From Squalus acanthias (Eukaryota), in the NCBI GenBank assembly GCA_030390025.1, contig CM059432.1, forward strand, positions 63,738,001 through 63,802,000: a stretch of 64,000 nt of DNA. Reading direction: 5' to 3'. Positions 1 to 13,528 of this stretch are shown in pieces. Each line of letters opens with the position of its first letter. Position 1 is the stretch's first letter. The position numbers were made by a program, and so were the translations under genes. Below the pieces are notes generated by a model that saw only the letters and a list, made by a program, of their open reading frames with translations, had not been told where the DNA came from and did not search any database.

Positions 1-485
1 ATACAGCTGCGTGAGTGATTGGGATTGTCTGCTTCACACCCGCCCGCCGACATCCACATCAAACAGACTTGTTCTTTTCACGATCAGGGCGTTCCCAGCG
101 GGTCAGGAACAAGTCCTTGCATTTCCAGCTCTCAGCCAGTCCGCACCCTGCCGTCTCCAGCCAGTGACACACGAACCCAAACCCCAACACTCCTCTCCCC
201 TCCCCCCCAAAAAACAACAGCCGGACAACCTGACAGGCCCCGGGTCTCCAACAGCCCCGCTCCCTCCACCGCGCAACTTTCCCAGAACTTTCCAGCACAT
301 AAATCAGTGCTGCCGCGGTAACGGGATTTTGGCTCGATTCGGCCCATTAATGATCTAAGATTATCCACGCAACTGGTTCGGGAAAAGTTCACACAATTAA
401 AAACCTTCCAACAGACCCCACAAAGCCAGCAGGAGACTCGCGGTGAACGATGGCGACTCGCCCTTGATTGAACTTTAAAACTTAC

Positions 486-575
486 CGACTCCCAACGAAA
501 CCTTTCTATTTTTCAGTCACCCTTCGCCGCGTTACGAGCCAGCCAAACTCCGCTCTCCTCCACAGACACCAATGG
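486..575 (-). promoter_or_regulatory. Probable CpG-rich promoter and non-coding first exon of a host gene running leftward out of the window
   Basis: CpG-dense unique sequence over about 1-560; perfect minus-strand splice donor CG|GTAAGT at 486/485; CCAAT motifs in both orientations at about 569-584; no ATG in the putative exon. Confidence 0.4.
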
Positions 576-587
576 GGTCATTGGAAC

Positions 588-1476
588 CAGGGGTTCTCAA
601 ACTTTGTGCTTTTGAGGCCCCCTCTCATGTTATAAAAATTCCACAGACCCGCTGTAACACAACACAAATATTTTATCTGTATAAAAATTCATTATACAAT
701 TAAACATATATTTATTATTATTTTTGTTTTACTTATAACCCCGGATCATCCCCTGTCGTATGACCCAGTTCAGTACATTCCCCGGGATCTGATGCTGACA
801 GTAATCTGCCCTCCGTGTTCCTGTCGGTCCCAGTTTAATAAACTAAATGGCCTCCAGTGAAACTGAAAGTAAATGATTGTAGAGCCTGGAGCACAGATGG
901 TAAAATAGGGCTGATGTGTGAACATTAAATGGACAGACGGCTCCAATCTCTGCCCTGCAGAGCTCGGTCCCGCTCTCTGCTGAGTTACAAACCTTTACTG
1001 TTACACTTTAAAGTCACTCCCTGTGTTCAATAAAATATTAGAGCTCAACACCTGCGCTTTCAGAGCCGCGTCCTGAATAGAGCGGAGTTCACTCAGTAAC
1101 AGAGTGCGACCCCTGTAACCCGGGGAATAATCCTGTTTCTTACCGTCACTCACAGATCGGCCCGCTCTGCCTGTCCCAAGAGGCAAACTGACCCGTCACT
1201 GGGAATCCCCGGATTAACGGCAGGGAGCAACACTGCTCTGCCTGCTATCATCCAAGACTTATTTTGGCGGACCCTTGAAATCTTCTCGTGAACCCTTAGG
1301 GGGCCGCGGACCCCCGGTGGGGAAACCATGATTGGAAAGAACCCGAACGTGAACATTCTGGTTCCGCCTCCTCCCCGATCCTCACTGGTTCATTTTTACA
1401 GTCTGCAATTTTTTAGAGACCTTTCCCCAATGAATAATTGGTCAATGTTGCTCGGACCCCCGGTTGAGAAGCACTG
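588..1476. mobile_element. Non-autonomous hAT (Charlie-like) DNA transposon
   Basis: Imperfect TIRs CAGGGGTTCTCAAAC ... GGTTGAGAAGCACTG, typical hAT termini; 8-bp TSD not recoverable. Confidence 0.7.
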
Positions 1477-1729
1477 TCTAAAACTACCAAAATGGCGTCC
1501 ACGATGTGTGCGCACACTTCCGATGGGAAGTGCGCCAGCTGCATGCAGAGTAGTCAGATCATGACGTCAATCAGATGTAACGCTAATTTAATGCCAGCGC
1601 TGCCATTTTGGAGCTCCATGTTCCAGCCTGCACCCTCTTTTAACCTCGCACAGCTGAACACACATTCAACGGCTTGAAGGACCTCCCCACCAGCATTATT
1701 TAAAGCGATCATGAACTACTTACAGGTTA

Positions 1730-4524
1730 TCTACCCGAGGAAATAGTCTCTGAACATCCACTCTATCTATCCCCCTCATCATCTTATAAACCTCTATTAA
1801 GTCGCCTCTCATCCTCCTCCGCTCTAAAGAGAAAAGCCCCAACTCCCTCAATCTTTCCTCATAAGACCTCCCCCCAAACCAGGCAGCATCCTGGTAAATC
1901 TCCTTTGCACTCTTTCCAATGCTTCCACGTCCTTCCTATAGTGAGGTGACCAGAACTGCACACAATATTCCAAATGTGGTCTCACCAAGGTCCTGTACAG
2001 TTGCAGCATAACCTCACGGTTCTTAAACTCAAACCCTCTGTTAATAAACGCCAACACACCATAGGCCTTCTTTACTGCTCTATCCACTTGAGTGGCAACC
2101 TTCAGAGATCTGTGGATATGAACCCCCAGATCCCTCTGCTCCTCCACGTTCCTCAGAACCCTGCCGTTAACCCTGTAATCCTTATTCAAATTTGCCCTAC
2201 CAAAATGAATCACCTCGCACTTATCAGGGTTAAATTCCATCTGCCATTTTTCGGCCCAGCTCTGCATCCTATCAATGTCTCTTTGCAGCCGACAACAGCC
2301 CTCCACCTCATCCACTGCTCCACCAATCTTGGTGTCATCAGCAAATTTACTGATCCACCCTTCAGTCCCCTCCTCCAAGTCATTGATAAAAATCACAAAC
2401 AGCAGAGGACCCAGCACCGACCCCTGTGGCACACCGCTGGTAACTGGTCTCCAGTCCGAAAATGTTCCATCCACCACCACCCTCTGCCTTCTATGAGATA
2501 GCCAGTTACTTATCCAATCGGCCAAATTTCCCTCTATCCCACAACTCCTTACTTTCTTCATGAGACGACCATGGGGAACCTTATCAAACGCCTTACTAAA
2601 ATCCATGTATACGACATCAACTGCTCTACCTTCATCTACACACTTAGTTACCTCCTCAAAGAATTCAATCAAATTTGTTAGGCAAGACTTACCCTTCACG
2701 AATCCGTGTTGACTATCCCTGATTAAGTTGCCCCTTTCCAAATGGTCATAAATCCTATCCCTCAGGACCTTTTCCATTATCTTACCAACCACCGAAGTAA
2801 GACTAACCGGCCTATAATTACCAGGGTCATTCCTATTTCCTTTCTTGAAGAGAGGAACAACATTCGCCACTCTCCAGTCCTCTGGCACCATTCCCGTGGA
2901 CAGTGAGGACCCAAAGATCAAAGCCAGAGGCTCTGCAATCTCCTCCCTTGCCTCCCAAAGAATCCTAGGATATATCCCATCTGGCCCAGGGGACTTATCG
3001 ACCCTCAGGTTCTTCAAAATTGCTAAAACATCTTCCCTCAGAACATCTACCACCTCCAGCCTATCCACCTTTATCACACTCTCATCCTCAAGAACATGGC
3101 CCCTCTCCTCGGTGAACACTGACGAAAAGTATTCATTCATCACCTCTCCTATTTCTTCTGACTCCATGCACAAGTTCCCACTACTGTCCTTGACCGGCCC
3201 TACCCTCACCCTGGTCATTCTTTTATTTCTCACATAAGAGTAAAAGGCCTTGGGGTTTTTCTTGATCCGACCCGCCAAGGACTTCTCATGCCCCCTCCTA
3301 GCTCTCCTAAGCTCTTTTTTTTAGCTCATTCCTTGCTACCTTGTACCCCTCAATCGACCCAACTGAACCTTGTTTTCTCATCCTTACATACGCTTCCTTT
3401 TTCCTCTTGACTAGACATTCAACCTCTTTTGTGAACCATGGTTCTCTCACTCGGCCATTTCCTCCCTGCCTGACAGGGACATACCTATCAAGGACACGCA
3501 GTAATTGCTCCATGAAAAAGCTCCACTTTTCGTTTGTGCCTTTCCCTGATAGTTTCTGTTCCCATCTTATACTCCCTAATTCTTGCCTAATCGCATCATA
3601 ATTACCCCTCCCCCAATTATAAACCCTGCCCTGCCGTATGGCCGTATCCCTCTCCATTGCAATAGTGAAAGTTACCGAATTGTGGTCACTATCTCCAAAG
3701 TGCTCTCCCACATACAAATCAAACACTTGGCCCGGTTCATTACCCAGTACCAAATCCAACGTGGCCCCAGCTCTTGTCGGCCTATCCACATATTGTGTCA
3801 GGAAACCCTCCTGCACACACTGTGCAAAAACTATCCCATTCGAACTGTTTGACCTATAAAGGTTCCAATCAATATTTGGAAAGTTGAAGTCACCCATGAC
3901 AACTACTCTGTGACCTCCACACCTATTCATAATCTGCTTTGCAATTTCTTCCTCCACATCTCTATTACTATTTGGGGGCCTGTAGAAAACTCCTAACAAC
4001 GTGACTGCTCCTTTCCTATTTCTAACTTCAGCCCATATTACCTCAGACGGCAGATCCCCCTCGAACTGCCTTTCTGCCGCTGTTAAACTATCCTTGATTA
4101 ACAATGCTACTCCTCCACCTTTCTTACCAACTTCCCTACTCTTACTGAAACATCTATACCCCGGAACTTCCAACAACCATTCCTGTCCCTGTTCTAACCA
4201 TGTCTCCGTAATGGCCACCACATCGTAGTCCCAAGTACCAATCCACACTCCAAGTTCTCCTACCTTATTCCGGATGCTCCTTGCATTGAAGTAGACACAC
4301 TTCAAGCCATCTTCCTGTCTGCCGGTACATTCCTGCGACCTTGATACCCTCCTCAGTACCTCCCTACACTCACCACTGGCTCCTGGACTACAGCCCTTTT
4401 TCCCATCCCCCTGACAAATTAGTTTAAACCCCCCCGAAGAGCCGTAGCAAATTTCCCTCCCAGGATATTGGTGCCCCTCTGGTTCAGGTGCAAACCGTCC
4501 TGTTTGTACAGGTCCCACCTTCCC
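1730..4524 (-). mobile_element. CR1 LINE, truncated at both ends; ORF1 esterase C-terminus plus ORF2 (APE endonuclease + RT) with two frameshifts
   Basis: EN motifs YFNARS, AITETWL, GDFN, DSDH in 3307-4310; RT motifs [10 protein letters not shown] and KFADDTK in 1848-3278; flanked by duplicated CAGGTTA (1723-1729, 4525-4531). Confidence 0.95.
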
Positions 4525-6086
4525 CAGGTTAGTTACTGGATTATTTCTTCTGGCTGTTGCTGCAATTCTACTCATTTTTTGGTGCTTTTCCATACTTGTT
4601 TAAAGTTTCAATAGTCTAAAGGGAGTGGTCTGGCTGGTGCTGAAGTACTTTTTTGGTGACTTAAAGGCTTGTGCACAAATCAGCTGCTTCTAGACATGAG
4701 TGGCCTAGTAGGGCTTCCTCTTGGAATTGAGCATGACTGGGAGAATGAGCAGAACTCACACAGAGCAGGACAAGCTGCTAGAAGAGGGAAAAGGCATTTC
4801 TGTGTGCCCTCTGGCAAGCTGGCACCTGCGCTATCCTTTCCCCCAGCCCTGGCTCCAGCGCACTTGTGTCCGGTGTCTCACCACATGCAGATCTCGACGC
4901 TATGCTATCCTCTAAATTATACGCAGTACCAGTAACTGAGCTGGTGGCTGCCACTGTGAAATCGAGTGACGGTGTCCCTTCATCTTCACTGTCTTCTTGC
5001 TCTTCCTCCACTGCCTGGGCAGCTTCCAGTTCTTGACTATCTGAAATGAAAAAGCAACAATGTTGAGTTGTGGTGAGGGGAGAGGAAAAAGTAAGAAGTG
5101 CGTGCTTACACCATCGGCAGCTTGTAAGTCAGAAGAGATTGAGGGATGAGAGAGAAGTGGGTTGAGAGAAGGATGATTAGGTAAGCAGATAGCCTTATCT
5201 TCAATCACTTCAGCCCACTGGTGGCCACAGCCTCTGCAATGGCCCTTCCCATACTGGCCAGCATTGAATCCTTCATGGGGTTTAAAACATGCAGGCCCGC
5301 TTCCTCCCCTCCCGTTAATTTCTGCTGCCTCCTGTTGAGCGCCACCTTCTCCTGTAAGAAAGAGAGATCTGTGTCGGTGAATGTCGTGCAATAGGTTTGG
5401 GTAATGTGGCTGTCATGGCTGAATAGCTGCCAGTGTGTGCAAGCTTTGAGATATGAGTGTGAGGCTTGCAACAGTGCTAGGTTTGTGAGGGTGAGGTAAA
5501 GCATATGAATATTAGATATGAGTCCTGATTGATAGAGATTGTTGGTAGATGAGTGATGAGGGTGTGGTGAATTGAGGAGTGTCTGCGGCTAGTGGCGCAG
5601 TTGGTAAGATACGGCATTTGAAGATGCATTCGCTGACCTTGACAACTCGTGTGAGAATATTAAACTTCTTCCTGCACTGCATCCAGGTCTTGGGGCTATA
5701 CCCCTGGCATTGACCTCCACTGCTTTCTCTTGCCACTGCCTTCTGAGCATGTATCTGGAGGGCCTCTGGCCCCCTTGAGGATATAGGACATCTCTCCTTC
5801 TTTCCACCTCTCCCACCAAGACCTCCAGCATCCGAAAACCTTGGTGCTCTCTCGCTCACATGGTCAGCCATTGTTGATTCTTCCACAGCGTAATATTCAG
5901 AATGACCAGCAGCCATAATACACCTCCCCTTTAAGAGGTGCAGGCTAGCTTTAACGATATTGGGCCTCTTGCTGGTGCGTGCAGCCAATGCACAATGTGG
6001 GGAGTGCTGGCTGCATGCAGAAATCATGGAAATGCGCAGGAAACACACAGTTGGCTTCCTGCTTGCAGTGCAATCAATGGCTGTGG

Positions 6087-6865
6087 TGTAAGAAATAGCT
6101 GTTCGATTCAAAGATGGGTTTTAATTCTTAGAACAGAGACTGACAGCATGCAGCCGGGAACAGATAGCAGAAATGCCAGCAAGGTCGAATAATAAACATC
6201 AAAAGACAAATAGAAGTGATAAGGGAATCGTAAAATGCAAAACAACACAGGGTGGTGGGATAATAGACAAAAATAGAGTCGAAAAGTCATAAAATGTCCT
6301 TAAAGAAACATAACAAAACATTCCTCAGAAAGATAAAAGGGAGGCCTCGTCAGCCACGCAGAAAGGGACGGTGAGGGATGCCTTCCCGCTTCACAATTGG
6401 ACAATAGGATGGAGGATCAAATAATTGACACCAGGTGATTACCAGCCCACCGAAATAACTATAAATATAGACGACCGAGAGAGGAAATCAGGCAGTTAGG
6501 GGCGAAGGGTTCCCCGAGGTGGCTACAGCCTAACACCTTGGTCAAGTTTAGCCTCTGAGGTGGCTGACGGCCTAACAGCTCCAACAGCTCGAGGGACGAC
6601 CCAACGGAACTGACCGCTGCAGCAGACTGCAGGAATCCACCCAATCCGAGACCACCGTACTGCCTACCCGTCCGTCCGGTCATGGCATTCCGATTCGGGA
6701 GTCGTAGATCGCTCTCTACTGTCACGGGTTGTATGTCTATTATACTCAGCTTAAACCATATGTAATATCTGATTATGCTTTAAAACTGTAGCTCTTTAAT
6801 AAAAGCCTTGCAACTCCTAAAACCCTTTGGGTAATCTGTGTGTGGCCTGTGATCCTAATCTTACA
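6087..6865 (+). mobile_element. Solo LTR (779 bp)
   Basis: TG...CA ends (TGTAAGA...TCTTACA); TATAAAT at about 6460; AATAAA at about 6798; homologous to 53517-54297; TSD degenerate (GTGG/ACGG). Confidence 0.8.
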
Positions 6866-7589
6866 ACGGGTTCATCGCACATCACGATCTCTGCATCCGT
6901 ATTCGGGAGTTATCAATTTACCGACCCCCCCCCACCATATTTTCTGGTAAGGCAGACAGGAATTACATCTTCACCTCAACAACAACTTGCCTTTAACATA
7001 GAAATCATCCCAAGCTGCTTTAAGGTTGGTGGTGGGGGAGAAAGAAGAAAAAAATAAAGAAAAAATGATCCGAACATCGAGCCATGGTGTGAAAGTTAGG
7101 AGAGGTGACTGAAAGGTTGGTCAAGGTTTTTGAAGGGTGTAAGAGCAAAGCAAAGAGGTGGAGGGGATCAGGTTAGGAAGTCCAGAGAGTTAGACTGAGA
7201 CAGTCAAAGGGGGCGGCTATGCAGCATTGCAGGTCTCCCAGGCACACAGGAGAGGACAACTGGGGCCTTAATCTTAAAGCTGTTCCTTCAATATTATGTG
7301 TATGGTTGTTTACACAAAGTTTTCTCTGTATCCAACATAAAAACAGGAAAGGGTAAAATTGTGAAATTATGTGAAAGACACATGGAGGTAACTGTTGGGT
7401 GGGACCCTCTGATGTAGAGCCCCACCTGGTACATCAATCTCTCTCACACTTTCAGACACTGATCGGCTGTTCATTTCCACCACTCATTTGAGTTTTCCAA
7501 TATTCATGGCTTTCCCTTTATCTCTGCTTTATACAGTACTAAACAATAAAGAAATAAATAAATCCACAACACTACTTTAAGGTATGCCA

Positions 7590-7810
7590 TCAAAGTAAAA
7601 CTACGAGGCACATGTTCAAACCGTGAAAGGCAAATTCAGGACTAATATCAAGAAATTCTTTTTCATTCAGAGAGTGACCAGCACTTAGAATTGACTTCTG
7701 TCGATAGTGAGGAAAATACTTTGGCATTTTAAGAGATATTTAGATGCTGCATTGGGTGGGGAGCAGACTATGATATTTTTCTGGATATGTGAGCTAAAAT
7801 GGGCCAAATC
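7590..7810 (+). mobile_element. Highly decayed CR1 3' fragment
   Basis: Residual similarity to the CR1 ORF2 C-terminus (RNSFSFRE-like, ...TTCAGAGAGTG...). Confidence 0.5.
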
Positions 7811-8889
7811 TCTATCCATATCTAATTTTGATCCCTAAAAATATTAATTTTTCACTTACCAGTTTGAACCTATTATTAATTTCTTATTACAAATATCACA
7901 CAACTTCTTCCCACAGATGTTATTCATTGTAAGTATCCAAGAAATGGACATTTATTTTAGTATTTGGCAAATGACTCATCACAGAAGTTTGTAAGGTTTT
8001 CGATAGCTGTTTTTATTCTAATTTTGATAATATTTTATTTAATCCTGTCAAGCTGACAGTAAAAGGAATTCTGATAGAGAAACTTAAACAGTAAAATGAC
8101 ACAATCACAGCAGGCAGAAAACAAAAGGCCATTTTTGCTCCCATTCCTGACTTACTACAAAGCAATGCTGTTAAAAGGGTTGCCCGAGCATAAATCAAGA
8201 GAATCCATATGCAGTTCATTTTTTAAAGATTCAGTCTCCAGAGCAGCTGAGGCCTTATGATACATTAATTCACAGGCTCATTAATTTCAGGCGGGATATC
8301 ACAAACCTGCTAGAGGCATGATCTCTCAGCACTTGAAACGGTGGGGTGAGGTGACAATGCATGCAGTTTGCATACTCTGCACCCCAGAGCTTTCACTCTC
8401 TGAATTAGTTACCACTATACTGTGCACTCAATACTGAACTGCTACAAATGTCAATACTGGAACAGACAGGCACTTAATCAGCCCACCCATAAAGTCCAGG
8501 CAAGAGGACTTACATAACCCAGTTAACCAGGGGGCTTGACAATGACAAAGTGTGAATGGACTGACTACCATTTACTGAGATGCATTTCTCAAGTGGTCAT
8601 TTCAAGTTGTGAAAAAAATGGGCTGCATTGTAAATTTACTGTGCACTTCAGAATGTGTAAGAATATCATCCTTTCAACTCATGCTTGGGGTTGTATTCAG
8701 CCAGTTTTATGGAAAGAGAATCTCCTTTCTCTGATTGTTGTAAAGCCCCTAAGAAGAGTAATTTTGATCAATATCTACTCAGTTTCTAATAGAAGTGAGT
8801 CTACAGCTATCCATAAATTAATACTTAATTGACTCAGATCACAGGAACAACTGGTTGAAAACATGTTAGTAGGTTGGGGTTGAGATAAT

Positions 8890-9630
8890 GGCCCGTAATT
8901 TGCGATCAGCGGCGAAGCAAAGGCATTCGCCGCTGGCCCCAAAGTAAGCTTCCCACAAAGATCTCGCGATCTCTGTGGTAAGAAGTTCAGCTTTTCCGAT
9001 GTTCAGTTGAGATCAGTGTAAGTTAATGGGGATTCCCGAGTGCGAGCTGTCTAAGCAGCCAATCACATTGCAGAATTCTCACAGACCAGGAACCAGGAAG
9101 TGAATAAGCACTTTTTTTTCTAACTTTTTAGAAATGGTATAGAGAGCAAAACAAAGATTGGGGAAAAGGTAAACCTGAAATAAAGGTGAACAAACTTTTT
9201 TAAATAATTTTTTAAAAGTTTCTTAAAAATATAAATTTGACACTCCACAAAATTAAAATGAGTTGTTCAGGGCCATAATGCTTGTTTAGCAGTCAATACA
9301 CTGTTAAAACCCCAGTTACACCTAATCCAAAAGGGTCTAAGTTTTAATGGAATATTTAACAGCAATATTACCGTGGAAAAACTGAAGGTTTTGTCAATTT
9401 CACTGATTTCCCTGATTATACTGATTGCCAGCTATGGGGGTGGGGTGGGGGGTGGGGGCTGTGGTGCCACAGCACAGCCCGTGTTGGAGCAGTGAGTGAT
9501 TGACCGCAACTTCAGGATTTCCACATTAGGATGCGCATGCACTAAATACTGAAGTTGCGGTCAGTTTCAAAGGGGTAATAACAGCAGAAGTTGTTCTTTC
9601 ACTGTTATTACCCACTGCAAATTCCGGGCC
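8890..9630. mobile_element. Non-autonomous TIR element (probably a Harbinger-type MITE)
   Basis: TIRs GGCCCGTAATTTGC / GCAAATTCCGGGCC; flanking 3-mers AAT/ATT; no coding capacity. Confidence 0.7.
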
Positions 9631-11965
9631 ATTATTGGGCCTGAGTAACAAGAGCTATACTCAGCATTCAACCTGTAATATACTTTAGCTGGGAGGACAT
9701 CATGGTGACACTGGGTGCGAAATAGTGGGAAAATATTCCATTCCACTGAACTAAGATCGCTCACTTTGATACGCACAAAAAATTGCAATTACATAGGTAA
9801 TTTTATAAAATTATACTCCTGTGCAGATCCTTGTTCACTGGAAGTGCATATCAGGAATTTGGGTGTGTGTCTGAATTCCCAGACGCAGTACCAAAGGATA
9901 AAGCTCTGTGCTGGGAGCAAGATTTCATAAATTACCTCTATATTCTTAATTTTAAAAAAGATCACTTCAAACTTTAAATGACCACTTGAGAAATGCATAA
10001 TTTCCCTGATGAACTCCAGTCAGACCATTTATACTCTTACTGTCAAACCACAATTAACTGGATCATTATACTTCCTCTTGCCTGGAATTTAAAAATTATA
10101 TTAGGTGGTGGAGGGGATTATGCATCAATACAATGGACTGGATTCAGGAAGATTCATTCACAACTCTCCCCATGGTGTGTTGGTGTTCTTGGTGAGGTCA
10201 TCGGGTGGTTCTGTTAGTTCTAATTATGTAAACGCAGGTATAGAGAAAAGAGATTTAAAAAAAGTAAAAAGCTGATTAATAAATGCTGAATTTTCATTAT
10301 AAATGTTAAGCTATATGCTTGTAAATGATGAACCAAGTAAATGATCTTTTACATTCTTTTGGATATTACAATTTAATGATTTATTTAGAAACACATTGAG
10401 TTCTGCTCCTTCTAGTTAAATAAAGAGAGTTATCTCACCTATCTGAATTTTAATGATAATGAAGCTCCGGTACCATATAAGGCTAGCGCACAAAGTTCCA
10501 ACCAACCCCTTCTCCCCACAAAAATCCATGGATCTTGTATAGATGAGGATCAACATTACAAGATTTCCATTCACTAAAACTCTCACCTTTTTATTATTGG
10601 AATCTACAAAAATATTTTTTCTCTGTTATTTCTAATTCCAACCATTACGTTCCACCTATCCACTGTTGCTTCAGTCCTCCCATAAAGTGATATTTGCATC
10701 TCCTTCCTAATTTTAGTCCAAGTTCCCAGTACTGATTATAAATGTCTTCTCCCTGTATGTTCCCTGCTGGGGTTTCTCCAATAGATCAGTGGTGGGAGGC
10801 TGGACTGGAGGGAAAGTTGCCAAATTAAATGACGCAGAGCAACAGTTGATAGAAATGCACTGGTGTGGAGCTGCCCTGCTAGGAGGGAAACAAGACAGGG
10901 AGAGAAAACGGAGGAAGGATATGACCCACATATCAGATGTCCCCATTACTTTTAACTCCAAAAGGAAATCACTTTCTAGTCTTATACACGAGTGTATATA
11001 AGGGTGAAATCTTCCGAGGTATCATGCCACTGATAGGGCCTGGCACACAGTGAACAGCTTATTGGAAAATCAGTGATGTTCGATGGTGGGGGTCATGGTC
11101 CAGGGGTTGGTAGGAGGAGGTGTCAGAGAGTCGGCTTTCAGCTTTCAGCCTCCACAAGGTAGAGATTGGTTCGCCAAATAACAACAGCGCCACCCTTGTC
11201 AGCAGGTTTAATGACAATGTTGGGGTTGGACCTGAGAGAACGGAGTGCTGCAAGTTCAGAGGGAGGTAGATTAGAGTGAATGAGCGGCGTAGAAAAATTG
11301 AGACGGCTGATGGTATGCCGGCAGTTCCCAATGAAAAGATCTAGAGAGAGTAAGAGGCCAGAGGGAGGCTCCAGGTAGAACGAGAATTCTGAAGAAGGGA
11401 GAAAGGGTCCACTGTGCGTGGGGGGGAAGACTCCTGGCCAAAGAAGTGGGTGCAGAGGCAAAGGCGATGGAAGAACTCAGCATTGTATTGAGCTCAAAAT
11501 TCATTGAGGTGGTGGCATAAGGGATGAAGCTGAGGCCTTTGCTGAGGTACGATCATTCGGGGTCAGAGAGGGGAAGGTCAGAGGGGATAGTGAAAACACA
11601 ACAAATGGTGCGATTGGAAGGAGGGATGGGGTTAGAGGAGAGTGAAGGGAAATGAGGATCCGGAGGGGCGTTGGTATTCAAGAGTTGTTGAAGCTTGCAA
11701 TCCTTGACACCTGAAAGGAAGAAAAAGGGTTTTCTGTTAAAGCGCCAGATGAGGTGAAGGATGAAATGGAACTGCGGACCAGGACAGCTTTGAGATAGAG
11801 TGAGTTGGTGCTGCTGAAGAGAGAGGTCGCGAGCGTGCATGTGGCGGCGCATGGCTTTGAGCGTGGATCTCAGGAGGCGGCGAGAGCAGTAGTTCGAGGA
11901 ACGCTGAATATCTCAGAGATATCTGTAATCTTGGGTGGCTCCGAAACATGAAGGATGGAATTTCA

Positions 11966-13389
11966 TAAAAACATAAGAAATAAGAGCAGGAGTAGGCCAT
12001 ACGGCCCCTCGAGCCTGCTCCGCCATTCAATAAGATCATGGCTGATCATCGACCTCAACTCCACTTTCCCGTCCGATCTCCATATCCCTTGATTCCCCTA
12101 GAGTCCAAAAATCTATCTATCTCAGCCTTGAATATACTCATTGGGCTGGATTTTCAATGACCCGTGAAGTCGGGTTTGGAGGCGTGTGGGGGGTTAAAGT
12201 TGCAGATTCGGGGGTCTCAACCCCATCCCGACTCCATCCCGCCTCCACGCAATTTTGACAAAATCAGTCACGGGGTTCCCGATTCCGTCCCGCCTCCAAA
12301 AGGCGGGAGAGGCCATTAAAGCCCTTAACAAGCCCTAAATTGGCTCTGATATGCCATTTTGAAACGTTTGAGCTAGTTTAACCCTTTTCCGACGTGAAGT
12401 ACGCCTGATGTGAAACACTCCAGTGAAACCTGGCGGGAGCACAAGTGGATAGCTGACTATCAGCTGCAGGTCCACTATTACAACGGAGATGTGATGAAGG
12501 TAGTAGTAGTATTGTGATGAAAGTAGTATTAGTTCTGAAAGTCGCCTCTGATGCTGCTGCATTGAATGTCTTCAGAGACTGCCTGGCCTTGCTGTGAGAG
12601 GACCTGGATGGAAAAAAAGTTCTCTCTCTCTGTCACTCTCTCTCTGAGCTGCTGCTCATTTAGCATCCAGGTCCACTCACAGCAAAAGCCAGGCAGTCTC
12701 TGCAATGATGGTCCCTGCAATGATGACATCATCAGAGGCGACTTTCAGACTGAAACCACTAATTGGTTCATGGGTTCCCACATGCTGGAACTCAATTGCC
12801 CAATTAAGTGAAAATTGCATCATTCATCCACATTAATCTGGAGTTGGGGGGCAACACGAAATGCGGATCACACGACCCCAACCCGACCCCAAGACAAAAT
12901 CCAGCCCAAAGACTCAGCATTCACTGCCCTCTGGAGCAGAGAATTCCAAAGATTCACAACCCTCTGAGTGAAGAAATTCCTCCTCATCTCAGTCTTAAAT
13001 GGCCTACCCCTTATCCTGAGACTATGCCCCCTAGTTCTAGACACTCCAGCCAGGGGAAACAACCTTTCAGCATCTACCCTGTCGATCCCCTTCAGAATCT
13101 TGTATGTTTCAATGAGATCACCTCTCATTCTTCTAAACTCCAGAGAGTATAGGTCCATTCTACACAAACTCTCATCATAGGACAGCCCTCTCATCCCAGG
13201 AATCAATCTAGTGAACCTTCATTGCACCGCCTCCAAGGCAAGTATATCCTTCCTTAGATAAGAAGACCAAAACTATGCACAAGTACTCCAGGTGTGGTCT
13301 CACCAAGGCCCTGTACAACTGTAGCAAGACTTCCTTATTCTTATACTCCAACCCCCTTGCAATAAAGGCCAACGTGCCATTTGCCTTCC
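11966..13389 (-). mobile_element. CR1 3' fragment inserted in a Penelope element, itself interrupted by a MITE
   Basis: ORF2 C-terminus [20 protein letters not shown]...WNSL; TTCTTATG-type tail at about 11966-11985; TSD AATTTCA (11959-11965, 13390-13396). Confidence 0.9.
12143..12907. mobile_element. Harbinger-type MITE (765 bp)
   Basis: Perfect 12-bp TIR GGGCTGGATTTT/AAAATCCAGCCC; homologous to 15344-16077. Confidence 0.9.
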
Positions 13390-13528
13390 AATTTCAATTG
13401 GAATCCACATGGAATAAGTTAGAGCCTGAGATAGTTGTCGAGGGAAGAGATGTGGCTGTGAAAGCGAGATTTGGTAGATACCTGATCAAACACAAGAAGG
13501 GACAACAGAAAACAATGAAGGTGAGACA

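Larger units (their letters stand above)
1486..6928. mobile_element. Old, internally deleted PIF/Harbinger (family B copy 1), interrupted by a CR1 (1730-4524) and a solo LTR (6087-6865)
   Basis: 1486-1729 and 4532-4800 match the reverse complement of about 60780-61330 (transposase 5' region). 4800-5870 is a decayed minus-strand Myb gene (ERAPRFSD...VERRRDVLYP...QCRKKFN). Right end at 6880-6928 matches the terminus at 52788. Confidence 0.85.
11085..13515 (-). mobile_element. Penelope-like retroelement fragment (N-terminal/RT region), interrupted by a CR1
   Basis: Motif NPNIVIKPADKGGAVVIW in ORF 11138-11461; the reading frame resumes beyond the CR1 at 13397-13515. Confidence 0.85.

Noticed and set aside
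10713..10880. Possible minus-strand terminal exon
   Set aside because: Short unrecognisable peptide with no supporting upstream exons
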